Part shown: one piece after another, positions 54,580-64,000 of the stretch
Position numbering within the stretch: the stretch's first letter is position 1
How the letters are laid out: each line of letters starts with the position of its first letter
NCBI GenBank assembly: GCA_964416065.1
Contig: CAYQCL010000001.1
Coordinates: 18,615-82,614, forward strand
Origin: an uncultured Oscillospiraceae bacterium
GTDB lineage: Bacteria > Bacillota > Clostridia > Christensenellales > Aristaeellaceae
Reading direction: 5' to 3'
Length of the DNA stretch: 64,000 bases
Notes under the pieces: generated by a model
Told to the model about the DNA's origin: nothing
What the model saw: only the letters and a program-made list of their open reading frames with translations
The model's database searches: none
Made by a program: the position numbers and the translations under genes

Positions 54580-56256
54580 TTACTCTACGGTGATATCCGC
54601 GGGCTTGGCGGTCTCAAAGGCCTGCTCGATCGCGGTGAGAATATCGCCATGGGCGTCGCGCAGAGCCATGGTCGCGCCGGAGATAGCGTCCATCTCGGCC
54701 TTCTGTTCATCCGTCATGGCCTCGTACTTCGCGATGTCCTCCTCCTTGTCGGAGGTGCCATGCAGAGCGCGGCCGTTGACGTCGGAGAAGCAAGCCGCCG
54801 CCCAGGCGCTGATCTCCTCGGTGGTCTTGCCAACCATGGCGCTCTCAAAGGCGGTGATCTCGTCGGTCCAGGTGCCCGAGCTCAGCTTATACTTGTCGCC
54901 GAGGTCGCGCTTGGTCTGGAAGGCGGAAATCTGCTCCACAAAGCTCTCTTCGGTCTGCGTCAGCACCTCGTCCACGGTGCCGTCGCCATCGTTATCGGCG
55001 TTGTAGGATTGTCCGGGCCAGCCGGTGAAGGCGTTGTCATCGGCGCCGTCGTGGTTGGGTGTGATGATCTCCAGAACATCCAGGTTGATATCGGCGACCT
55101 TGTCGTCCGCGTCGTAGCAGACACCGGCGACGGAGACGTTGAAGCTATAGCAGGGAACGTCCTGATCGTCGCTGCCCGGGCCGAGACGGGGCATCACATT
55201 GATTCCCAGGCCGACCTTGGCGATATTCTTCACATCGCGCATGGGAACCGCGTTGCTCACAGCCTTCGCGACGGCGGCCAGAATGTCGCCGTGAGGATCG
55301 GTCAGGGACATGGTCGCACCCGCGACCGCGTCGTTGACGGTCTTCTCCTCATCCGTCAGCGCGCCGTACTTGGCCACATCCGCGTCCGAGGTAGAAGCGG
55401 CGGTCAGCGGCTTTCCATTGGCATCGGAGCAATACTTCGCGTACCACTCATTGATCTCGTCGACGGTCTTGCCCTTGAAGAAGTTCTCGAAGATGTCCAT
55501 CTCCTGCTCCCAGGTGCCGGAGGACATCTTGTATTCGGAGCCCTTCTGACGCTTGGTCTTCCAGCTGAGCAGCTCTTCGGAGAAAATGTCCTCGGTTTCC
55601 TCAAGCTGTCCCTCGACGGTGCCGTCGCCGTCCGCGTCGGAGTTGTAGCTCTGTCCCGGCCAGCCGGCCATGAAGTTGTCGCCCTCGTTGGACTCGTCGT
55701 GGTTGGGCGTGATGACCTCCAGAATATCGACCTCGAGATCCACAATGCGGCTGTCGTTGTCCACGATCGCATAGGCGATCACTTCATTGAAGGAGTAGAC
55801 GCCGACCTCCTCGTTGTCAGAGCCGGGGCCCAGGCGCGGGGTAGAGGCGATGCCGATGCCGTGAGACAGCCCGCTAGCCGTTACGGCGGCGACCTCGCCG
55901 GTTTCGCCGGCCTCTTCCCCAATGCCCATGGCGTTGCGAATGGCGGCCAACGCGCCGTTGGAGCTCCAGGTCGCGTCCGTCACGGCGTCAATGCCGTCGA
56001 TGGTGCCGGCGGCCAGAATCTGCTCCGTCAGGGTCTTGAGCGCCTCTCCACCGATTTCTGGCGTTTCCATCTCGCCGGTCAGCGTAAGTCCGACGATCGT
56101 GCCGTCCTCGACGGTCACTTCCGCTGTGATCGCGCCCTTATAGCCTTCGGCCTCGCCGGTCAGCGTTTCACAGATGCCGGATGCGGCGACGGTGAGCGTC
56201 ATCGCGAGCGCGATAAGCAGAGCGAGCCCTTTCTTCCCGAAAAGTTGGTGTTTCAT
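54580..56256 (-). CDS. secreted protein with three FMN_bind-like modules
   Basis: 558 aa from ATG 56256, with signal peptide MKHQLFGKKGLALLIALAMTLTVAASG. The N-terminal module is a classical FMN_bind domain (GYKGAITAEVTVEDGTIVGLTLTGEMETPEIGG...IDAVTDATWSSNGALAAIRNA). Two ~200-aa paralogous modules follow, ending NDAVAGATMSLTDPHGDILAAV and MDAISGATMALRDAHGDILTAI. Confidence 0.75.
   Translation of the reverse strand: MKHQLFGKKGLALLIALAMTLTVAASGICETLTGEAEGYKGAITAEVTVEDGTIVGLTLTGEMETPEIGGEALKTLTEQILAAGTIDGIDAVTDATWSSNGALAAIRNAMGIGEEAGETGEVAAVTASGLSHGIGIASTPRLGPGSDNEEVGVYSFNEVIAYAIVDNDSRIVDLEVDILEVITPNHDESNEGDNFMAGWPGQSYNSDADGDGTVEGQLEETEDIFSEELLSWKTKRQKGSEYKMSSGTWEQEMDIFENFFKGKTVDEINEWYAKYCSDANGKPLTAASTSDADVAKYGALTDEEKTVNDAVAGATMSLTDPHGDILAAVAKAVSNAVPMRDVKNIAKVGLGINVMPRLGPGSDDQDVPCYSFNVSVAGVCYDADDKVADINLDVLEIITPNHDGADDNAFTGWPGQSYNADNDGDGTVDEVLTQTEESFVEQISAFQTKRDLGDKYKLSSGTWTDEITAFESAMVGKTTEEISAWAAACFSDVNGRALHGTSDKEEDIAKYEAMTDEQKAEMDAISGATMALRDAHGDILTAIEQAFETAKPADITVE
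54604..55860 (-). repeat. intragenic tandem duplication of a ~200-codon module
   Basis: Module 1 (about 55258-55860) and module 2 (about 54604-55218) align along their length: PRLGPGSD..YSFN..ITPNHD..GWPGQSYN.D.DGDGTV..SSGTW..D.AKY.A.TDE.K...DA..GATM.L.D.HGDIL.A. Confidence 0.8.
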
Positions 56257-56408
56257 AGGTATAGGAAACCTCCTCACTAAATGGATTCTTTGCGCTGTAG
56301 TATAGCATGATATATCAATATTAGTCAAGTATTCCGTGATTATCCGAAAAGGTCAGAGAAAAATTGGGAGCTAATGGGGCGGCTCCTTTATGAGCCGCCC
56401 AGACCGAT

Positions 56409-58244
56409 TTATCCCGCGAGTCTCACATGATACAGCCTCATCCACACATCGAGCTGCACCATATAGGCAATGGTCTGCGGCGTCGTCATCAGCTGGCCGT
56501 ACCAGGGCATGGGGCGGTCGCAGCGCAGAAGCTCCTCAAGCGCCTCACGATTGACCAGTTCAAAAATTGGTGACCGCGAATCCGACAGGATTTCCCTGAG
56601 CATGCGTTCCACGGCCTCTCGATAGACGGGATGGTGCGTCTTGGGATAGGGGCTCTTTTTGCGCCAGAGCACCTTTTCAGGTAAAAGTCCGCGCATGGCG
56701 TAGCGCAGCAGTCCCTTTTCATGTCCATGATATTCCTTCATTTCCCAGGGTACGCCGTAGAGATATTCCGCGATACGGTGATCGCAGAATGGCACACGGA
56801 CCTCCAGCCCGCTGAACATACTCATGCGATCCTTGCGATCCAGAAGCGTCTGCATGAACCATTTCTCATTGAGATGGATCATTTCCTTCATACGGCGCTC
56901 CTCGGGGCCAAGGGAGGGCAGGACGGAGGTGTCGCGGAGCGTGGCGCGGTATCGTTCATCGACATAAGCCTCCGCGTCGATGAGGCTGCGCCATTCCGGA
57001 CGAAGAAAGCCGGTGCGGTAGGCGGTGGATTGCGCCCAGGGAAAACCGTATTTCTCGCGGATATCCTTGTCACGAAACCAGGGATAGCCACCGAAAATTT
57101 CATCCGCGCACTCGCCGGAAAGCGCCACGGTAGCGTCCTTCCTTATTTTACGGCAGAAAAGAAGCAGCGAGGAATCCACATCGGCCATACCGGGAAGGTC
57201 GCGCGCCTCAACCGCCTCGACCAGCGCGGCGGCCACGTCCTCGCTCTTAAGGATCACCGTTTTGTGCCTGACGCCAAGAGATTGATTCATGAGCTCGATG
57301 TAGCGTCCGTCGCTTTCGGGCTGAAAATGTCCGGCGGTAAAATACTGGTCGTTGTCCTCATAATCCACGGAGAAGGTACATAGCTCGCGTCCCATTTCTT
57401 TCATGCGCTTGGCGGCGACGGCGGAGAGAAGGCTGGAATCCAGGCCGCCGGAGAGAAAGGTGCACAGTGGAACGTCCGATACCAGCTGGCGTTCGATCGC
57501 GTCCAGCACCAGCCAACGTACCTTATCCGCTGTTTGCTCGAAGGTATCGGTATGCGGATGATCCTCGCACGCCCAGTATTGGCGCGTCCTGAGGCCGTCG
57601 GGTGTGTAGCTTGCGCAGCAGGCGGGCTTCAGCTCGGCAATATCGCGGAACACGCCGCATCCGGGTGTGCGTCCCGGGCCCATCAGCAGCAGCTCCGCGA
57701 CGCCGTCGGCGTCGATCACCGGCTCCACCAGGGGGTGCTTGAGCAAAGTTTTCAGCTCCGAGGCAAATAAAAGCGTCTCGCCGCGCAGCGCATAGAACAG
57801 CGGTTTGACGCCCATGCGGTCGCGCGCGAGAAAAAGACGCCGCGCATGCTCCTCCCAGACGGCGAAGGCGAAAATGCCGTTGAGCTTGTCAAGGCAGCTG
57901 CCGCCCCAGGCCATATAGGCGTTGAGGAGCACCTCGGTATCAGATCGGGTGGACAGATGAAAGCCGAGCCCGGTCAGCTCCGCGCGCACCTCGTCAGTAT
58001 TGTATAGCTCGCCGTTGTAGACCAGCACATAGTGCTCTCCTTTGTGCCATGCCTCCATGGGCTGACGGCCGTTTTCCAGATCGACCACGCTCAGACGCGC
58101 ATGCAAAAGCGCCGCGTCCGCGTCCATATAGGTATCCGCCTGATCGGGCCCGCGACGCCGCATCGTTTGAAGCATCTCCTCGTATACCTCCGGCGTGTGG
58201 ACGCCGCCTCTTCCCCAATCAATGATTCCCGCGATCGAGCACAT
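56409..58244 (-). CDS. asnB: asparagine synthase (glutamine-hydrolysing)
   Basis: Contains the Ntn nucleophile MCSIAG and the PP-loop FLSGGLDSS. Confidence 0.9.
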   Translation of the reverse strand: MCSIAGIIDWGRGGVHTPEVYEEMLQTMRRRGPDQADTYMDADAALLHARLSVVDLENGRQPMEAWHKGEHYVLVYNGELYNTDEVRAELTGLGFHLSTRSDTEVLLNAYMAWGGSCLDKLNGIFAFAVWEEHARRLFLARDRMGVKPLFYALRGETLLFASELKTLLKHPLVEPVIDADGVAELLLMGPGRTPGCGVFRDIAELKPACCASYTPDGLRTRQYWACEDHPHTDTFEQTADKVRWLVLDAIERQLVSDVPLCTFLSGGLDSSLLSAVAAKRMKEMGRELCTFSVDYEDNDQYFTAGHFQPESDGRYIELMNQSLGVRHKTVILKSEDVAAALVEAVEARDLPGMADVDSSLLLFCRKIRKDATVALSGECADEIFGGYPWFRDKDIREKYGFPWAQSTAYRTGFLRPEWRSLIDAEAYVDERYRATLRDTSVLPSLGPEERRMKEMIHLNEKWFMQTLLDRKDRMSMFSGLEVRVPFCDHRIAEYLYGVPWEMKEYHGHEKGLLRYAMRGLLPEKVLWRKKSPYPKTHHPVYREAVERMLREILSDSRSPIFELVNREALEELLRCDRPMPWYGQLMTTPQTIAYMVQLDVWMRLYHVRLAG

Positions 58245-58265
58245 GCTAACCGTCCCCCTTCATGC

Positions 58266-58299
58266 AAAAGGGCGCTCCTCCTTAATGGAGGGAACGCCC
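58266..58299 (-). terminator. probable intrinsic terminator between the esterase gene and asnB
   Basis: The minus strand reads GGGCGTTCCCTCC-atta-aGGAGGAGCGCCC (imperfect stem) followed by TTTTG. The hairpin ends about 20 nt before the asnB ATG. Confidence 0.45.
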
Positions 58300-58362
58300 A
58301 TGTTCATTCAAGAATATGCCGCACGGAGGAAAATGTGACGGTCGAAGGAGAAAATTTGGCGT

Positions 58363-59145
58363 TCAGGCGCCTCGTTCCTTCATCACGCGCTTGAGCAGCT
58401 CGTCGATCGCGTCGATGATGGCGGGCGCCTCGCGCGAAATGGTGCATACGTGCGGTACGCCCTTAAGCCAAAGCTTCTGGCGCACCTCGCTGCTGACGCC
58501 CTCCAAAATCGTATCGGCACTGCCCTCCCAGATCGTTTCGTCCCCGTCACTCTGTACGCAGAGAATGGGGCAGTTGATGTTGAACAGATTTTGACGGGCA
58601 AGACGGATAAGCTTATGGAGATCCGCGCCCTTGGCCGTCGGAAAGCCGTTGTAGCCAAAATCGTACGCTTGATCCAGCGCCTTCGCGCGCTCCGAAGAGG
58701 GACGCCAGGAAACGCGCGGGATCAAGGGGGCCAAAATGCCCGAGAGCGGAAGCAGGCGGTTTTTGGTGGCCATGGGGGCGGAAATGGGAATGCAGGCGTC
58801 GATCTTCATTTGCTCGGCGACCAATAGAGAAAGCACGCCGCCCATGGAGAGCCCGCAGACAGCGGTGACAGCCGTCTCGTTCATCATGTCCAGCGTCGCC
58901 TTCTTTACAGCCTGAAGCCATTGCTGCCAATCCGCCTTCGCCATGTCGCTCTCAGTCGTGGCGTGGCCGGGCAGGTTGATGCTTGAAACCGTATAGCCAC
59001 GCTCAGAAAGCCCATCGGCGAGAATTCGCATGTGCGCCGCGCTGCCGGTAAAGCCGTGAACAAGCACGATCCCGCAGCCGTTGCCCTTGTGGTAAAACGG
59101 CTTGCAGACCTCTCGGTCAAAATAAGCCGATTGAACGGATTCCAT
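58363..59145 (-). CDS. alpha/beta hydrolase (carboxylesterase/monoacylglycerol-lipase-like)
   Basis: Contains the oxyanion segment VLVHGFTGS and the nucleophile elbow GLSMGG. Confidence 0.8.
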   Translation of the reverse strand: MESVQSAYFDREVCKPFYHKGNGCGIVLVHGFTGSAAHMRILADGLSERGYTVSSINLPGHATTESDMAKADWQQWLQAVKKATLDMMNETAVTAVCGLSMGGVLSLLVAEQMKIDACIPISAPMATKNRLLPLSGILAPLIPRVSWRPSSERAKALDQAYDFGYNGFPTAKGADLHKLIRLARQNLFNINCPILCVQSDGDETIWEGSADTILEGVSSEVRQKLWLKGVPHVCTISREAPAIIDAIDELLKRVMKERGA

Positions 59146-59206
59146 ACGTAAGCCTCCTTTCGCGTAAAGGGGGGGACGGTGTGTTATATGCCTGTTTAGA
59201 AGCGCT

Positions 59207-59860
59207 TTATGCGTTCAGACGCTCGATGTCCTCCTTTTTGCCCATAACCAAAAGTGTATCGCCCTCCTCAAAGAGCATATCAGCGGCGGGGGAGACGAGA
59301 AAGCGATCCTTGCGATGAATGGCAAGAATGTTGACGCCGTATTTGCGCCGGACGTTGATACCGATGATGCTGTTCTCCTGCCACTTTTCGGGAAGACGAA
59401 TTTCGATTATCTGATAATCATCGCTTAGATTCATCAATTCCAGCACGTTGGGAGCGATGATCGCGCGCGCCATGCGCGCGCCCATATCGCGCTCCGGGAA
59501 AACGACGCGATCCGCGCCAATCTTGCGAAGCACCTTCGCGTGCAGCTCGTCATTGGCCTTGGCAATTAGGTATTTGACGCCCAGCTCCTTGAGCAGGACG
59601 CTGATCAGGATGCTGTCGCGGGTATTCTGGCCGATGCTGACGATGGCGGCGTCAAAATTTCCGACGCCCAGATCGCTGAGCAACGTTTCGTCCGTCGCGT
59701 CGAGCTGAAGCGCCTGGGTCACATAGGGCGCGACGGCGTTGACCGCCTCTTCGTCCGCGTCTACGGCCAGAACCTCCTGACCAAGCTCGGAAAGCGTCCT
59801 GGCGAGACTCATTCCAAAACGGCCCAGCCCCAACACCAGATATTGCTTGCTTTTCATCAA
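59207..59860 (-). CDS. ktrA: K+ uptake system RCK/KTN subunit (KtrA/TrkA-family)
   Basis: 217 aa with the NAD-binding GxGxxG motif VLGLGRFGMSLA and a C-terminal TrkA_C domain. Confidence 0.8.
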   Translation of the reverse strand: MMKSKQYLVLGLGRFGMSLARTLSELGQEVLAVDADEEAVNAVAPYVTQALQLDATDETLLSDLGVGNFDAAIVSIGQNTRDSILISVLLKELGVKYLIAKANDELHAKVLRKIGADRVVFPERDMGARMARAIIAPNVLELMNLSDDYQIIEIRLPEKWQENSIIGINVRRKYGVNILAIHRKDRFLVSPAADMLFEEGDTLLVMGKKEDIERLNA

Positions 59861-59882
59861 TCACATACTCCTTTTTTATCAT

Positions 59883-61253
59883 TCAACCGATCATGATCTT
59901 TTCCTCAGGATAATGCACGCGATTGGCACGCCCCGCCTCCAGGCGGTTGGCCAGCGCCGCGGCGAGCGTGAGCGGGCCGACGCGGCCGAAATACATCATC
60001 GGCATCAAAAGCCATTGCGAAACAGGCAGGAGAGAAGCGGTGCCGACGGAGGAAAGGCCCGTTGTGCTGAACGCGGACGTCGCCTCGAAAAGCAGGTCGA
60101 TCATGTCAAAGCCGCGCCCGCGTTCAAGGATACTCAGAGCGCAGGTGCATACCAGAATGAGCATGAGCGCAATCAATACGATGGCGACGGCGCGGCGCGC
60201 CGTTCCAGCGTTCAACTCGCGGCCAAAGACGGTGATACGCTCACGGCCCCGCATGACCGCGATAACCACAAGGACGATCATGACGGCGGTTGTGGTTTTG
60301 ACACCGCCGCCCGTGGAGGCGGAGGAAGCGCCAATAAACATCAGAATGCTACCCAGCAGCTTGCTTGAATCCGTCAGCGCCGCCTGATCCAGGCTGGCAA
60401 AGCCCGCCGTACGGAGGGTGACGGACTGGAAGAGGCTGTTGAGCACTTTTTCTCCAAAGCGCATTTCCCCCAGCGTGGAAGGATTGCTCCATTCAAGCCC
60501 CAGAATGGCCAACATGCCAGACAAAAGAAGAACGGCCGTCATCACCAGAACCAGTTTGGCGTGCAGCGAAAGCCTGCGCAGACGGAATCGCAGCTGCAAA
60601 CACTCCAAAATAACGGGAAAGCCCAGCCCGCCCAGTAGAATCAGCGCGCTCAGCGTCAGAAGAACCACAGGCTCACGCTGAAAGGCCAGGAGGCTTTGAT
60701 AATTGCCGAACAGATCAAATCCGGCGTTGCAGAACGCGCTGACGGAGGTGAAGACGCTCAGCCATACACCCCGACCCCCATATAGAGGGATGAGGCGCGT
60801 CATCAGAAGCAGCGCTCCAAGCACCTCGATAACCAGCGCCAGCAGAAAAAAGGAGATCGTCAGCCGTACCGCGCCAGAAAGCGCGTTTTGATTCATTGAA
60901 TCCCGAAGTAGCACACGCTCCCTGAGCGTTATCCGTCTGCCCAGCGCCACCATGACCAGCGTGGCAAAGACCATGAAGCCAAGTCCACCGACCTGGATCA
61001 GAATCAACAAAACAATCTGTCCTGGGACGGAAAGCGCGAACCCGACATCCACGATTGAAAGGCCCGTAACACATACGGCAGACGTCGCCGTAAACAGAGC
61101 CTCTCTCAGCCCGATGGAACGTCCCTGCGTGCCGCAGAAAGGAAAGGACAGCACGGCGCCGCCGATGAGAATCAAAAGGAAAAAGCCAAGGGCCAGAGAA
61201 ACCTCCGGCTTGATGGGACGTTTGGCCAGAGAAGAGGTCTTTTCGGATTGCAC
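59883..61253 (-). CDS. ktrB: K+ uptake system membrane subunit (KtrB/TrkH-family)
   Basis: 456 aa with repeated M1-P-M2 units carrying selectivity-filter-like glycines (CVTGLS, CNAGFD, RTAGF, STGGG..TTGLS). GTG start after GAGGAAGGGG. Confidence 0.85.
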   Translation of the reverse strand: MQSEKTSSLAKRPIKPEVSLALGFFLLILIGGAVLSFPFCGTQGRSIGLREALFTATSAVCVTGLSIVDVGFALSVPGQIVLLILIQVGGLGFMVFATLVMVALGRRITLRERVLLRDSMNQNALSGAVRLTISFFLLALVIEVLGALLLMTRLIPLYGGRGVWLSVFTSVSAFCNAGFDLFGNYQSLLAFQREPVVLLTLSALILLGGLGFPVILECLQLRFRLRRLSLHAKLVLVMTAVLLLSGMLAILGLEWSNPSTLGEMRFGEKVLNSLFQSVTLRTAGFASLDQAALTDSSKLLGSILMFIGASSASTGGGVKTTTAVMIVLVVIAVMRGRERITVFGRELNAGTARRAVAIVLIALMLILVCTCALSILERGRGFDMIDLLFEATSAFSTTGLSSVGTASLLPVSQWLLMPMMYFGRVGPLTLAAALANRLEAGRANRVHYPEEKIMIG

Positions 61254-61409
61254 AGGGCATCCCCTTCCTCAAAAATTCAACTGTTATTATATGCGCATTT
61301 CCCGAATTTGTACAGAAATGTTTCACAACGCCAAAGAAAAATGAGGATGACGAAAGGGCGAAATTTATGCTATACTGCGGATATCCGCACAGGAAAGGAA
61401 GGAAACGGC

Positions 61410-61907
61410 ATGTCCGTGTGGCAGGAAACGGTATACCCCAAGGAGAAGACGGACGCCTATCGGATGATGGCGCGCATGCTACGGTCGCTTATAGAGGATG
61501 AGCGCGATCCCATCGCCAATATGGCCAATATGAGTGCGCTTTTGTTTGACGCGCTTGAAGAGATCAATTGGGCGGGCTTTTATCTTTTCAAAAGGGATAC
61601 GCTTGTGCTCGGCCCGTTTCAGGGGAAGCCCGCATGCATTCGCATTCCGCTTGGGCGCGGAGTCTGCGGCACGGCGGCGGCGGGAGGACGGACGGTGCTT
61701 GTCAGGGATGTGCATGCCTTTGCGGGACACATCGCCTGTGACGGAGCCTCCCAAAGCGAGATCGTGGTGCCGCTCGTCCAGGGGAAAAGACTCTTGGGCG
61801 TTTTGGATATCGATAGTCCGTCGCTCGCGCGGTTTGACGAGGAGGATCAGGCGGGTCTGGAGAATATGGCCTCCATCCTCAAGGAGGGCTGCGATTGGCC
61901 CGAATGA
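61410..61907 (+). CDS. GAF-domain protein (free methionine-R-sulfoxide reductase / YebR-like)
   Basis: 165 aa from ATG 61410. It reads WAGFYL..LVLGPFQGKPACIRIPLGRGVCGTAA..HIACDGASQSEIVVPL..GVLDIDS. Confidence 0.8.
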   Translation: MSVWQETVYPKEKTDAYRMMARMLRSLIEDERDPIANMANMSALLFDALEEINWAGFYLFKRDTLVLGPFQGKPACIRIPLGRGVCGTAAAGGRTVLVRDVHAFAGHIACDGASQSEIVVPLVQGKRLLGVLDIDSPSLARFDEEDQAGLENMASILKEGCDWPE

Positions 61908-62000
61908 CGGGCGCGGGCTTGCATTGCGTCGGGTTATCCTGTAAAATAGCATCGCGTGCCCTGCGGAGCGCGCGCCTTTACGGAAAGGAGAGAAGGAACC

Positions 62001-62696
62001 GTGCGTGTGAACGAAAGCGCAATTTTGGCCGGACTGCGTGAGCTGTATCCGGAGGCGAAGCCGGAGCTTCATTTCAGTAACCCCTATGAGACTTTGATCG
62101 CGGTCATGCTCTCCGCTCAGTGTACGGACAAGCAGGTCAATAAGGTGACGCCCGCGCTGTTCGAACGTTATCCCACGGTTCAGGCCATGGCGGCCGCGAG
62201 CGTGGAGGACGTGTATCCCATGGTCAAAAGTTGCGGATTTAAGACGAAGGCCGGTAATATCGTTCAGACCTGCCGCCTTATCATGCAGAATTTCGGTGGC
62301 GAGGTGCCCGATGATATGAAATCGTTGACGTCCCTGCCGGGGGTGGGACAGAAAACGGCCAACGTCGTGCTGGCGAACGCCTTCGGCGTGCCTACGATCG
62401 CGGTGGACACGCATGTGTTTCGCGTCTCCAACCGTCTGGGACTGGCGAATGCGAAAAATGTTGAGGAGACGGAAAAACAGCTCCAAAAGGCCATTCCGAA
62501 AGAGGACTGGATCGCGGCGCACCATTGGCTGATCTTCCATGGACGGCGTGTGTGTCATGCGCGCAATCCGGAATGCGTCACGTGCGGGCTGCGCACGCTA
62601 TGTAAGGCGGCAAACGCCGCGGGCGGAGCCGTCACAACACCCAGGCCCGTTCGCAGGGTGGGAAAAGGGGCGGACACGCAAGGCGCTCAGGCGTAG
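62001..62696 (+). CDS. nth: endonuclease III
   Basis: Contains LIAVMLSAQCTD, the HhH motif LPGVGQKTANVVL, the catalytic DTHV and the 4Fe-4S motif CHARNPECVTCGLRTLC. GTG start after GGAAAGGAGAGAAGGA. It has a short Ala/Gly/basic C-terminal tail. Confidence 0.9.
   Translation: MRVNESAILAGLRELYPEAKPELHFSNPYETLIAVMLSAQCTDKQVNKVTPALFERYPTVQAMAAASVEDVYPMVKSCGFKTKAGNIVQTCRLIMQNFGGEVPDDMKSLTSLPGVGQKTANVVLANAFGVPTIAVDTHVFRVSNRLGLANAKNVEETEKQLQKAIPKEDWIAAHHWLIFHGRRVCHARNPECVTCGLRTLCKAANAAGGAVTTPRPVRRVGKGADTQGAQA

Positions 62697-64000
<1,304 letters not shown>

Noticed and set aside
54451-56280. 609-aa plus-strand ORF
   Set aside because: It is antisense to the FMN_bind-module gene. It is a low-complexity G/A/R/V/L-rich translation with no RBS or signal. 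The minus-strand product has a signal peptide, domain motifs and its own terminator.
61479-62558. 359-aa minus-strand ORF
   Set aside because: It spans the GAF gene, an intergenic region and most of nth on the opposite strand. The translation is Arg/His-rich junk, while both plus-strand genes carry clear family motifs.

Overview
Densely coded, high-GC chromosomal segment. Gene content and order point to Bacillota, probably Clostridia-like: the rpmE-DUF1385-prmC-prfA-tsaC-LMW phosphatase block, ecfA1-ecfA2-ecfT-truA, two DegV genes, hprK and uppP. Most of the window is housekeeping. It holds ppdK (partial, left edge), lgt, recX, mntR/mntP, a stand-alone riboflavin kinase heading the ECF energizing module, ogt and pyk. 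It also holds a K+/cation antiporter with a PII-like partner, a TTT (tctCBA) transporter next to two DeoR regulators, uppP, a capD-tadA-HAD-hprK-glcK-asnS string, asnB, ktrAB, nth and obg (partial, right edge). I recognised no rRNA, tRNA, CRISPR array, transposase, integrase or obvious defence genes, so I cannot point to a clear new multi-gene system. Five items deserve a second look. (1) A 258-aa protein with about 13 percent Cys, Pro-rich, carrying a 13-aa tandem repeat (43205-43981). (2) A secreted protein with three FMN_bind-like modules, two of which carry flavinylation-type DxxxGAT motifs (54580-56256). (3) A 1187-aa secreted protein with ten SdrD-B-like repeats and no recognisable anchor, divergent from an ECF sigma/anti-sigma pair. 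(4) A PII-like gene translationally coupled to a cation:proton antiporter. (5) An unusually high load of disrupted genes: a GNAT, an AraC/GyrI regulator, a YesM/YesN-type two-component pair, and a secreted protein with an in-frame TAG. Many of these lesions sit at homopolymer runs, and the two-component pair lies in a visibly lower-GC stretch. All functional calls come from reading motifs in the translations; no database search was run.
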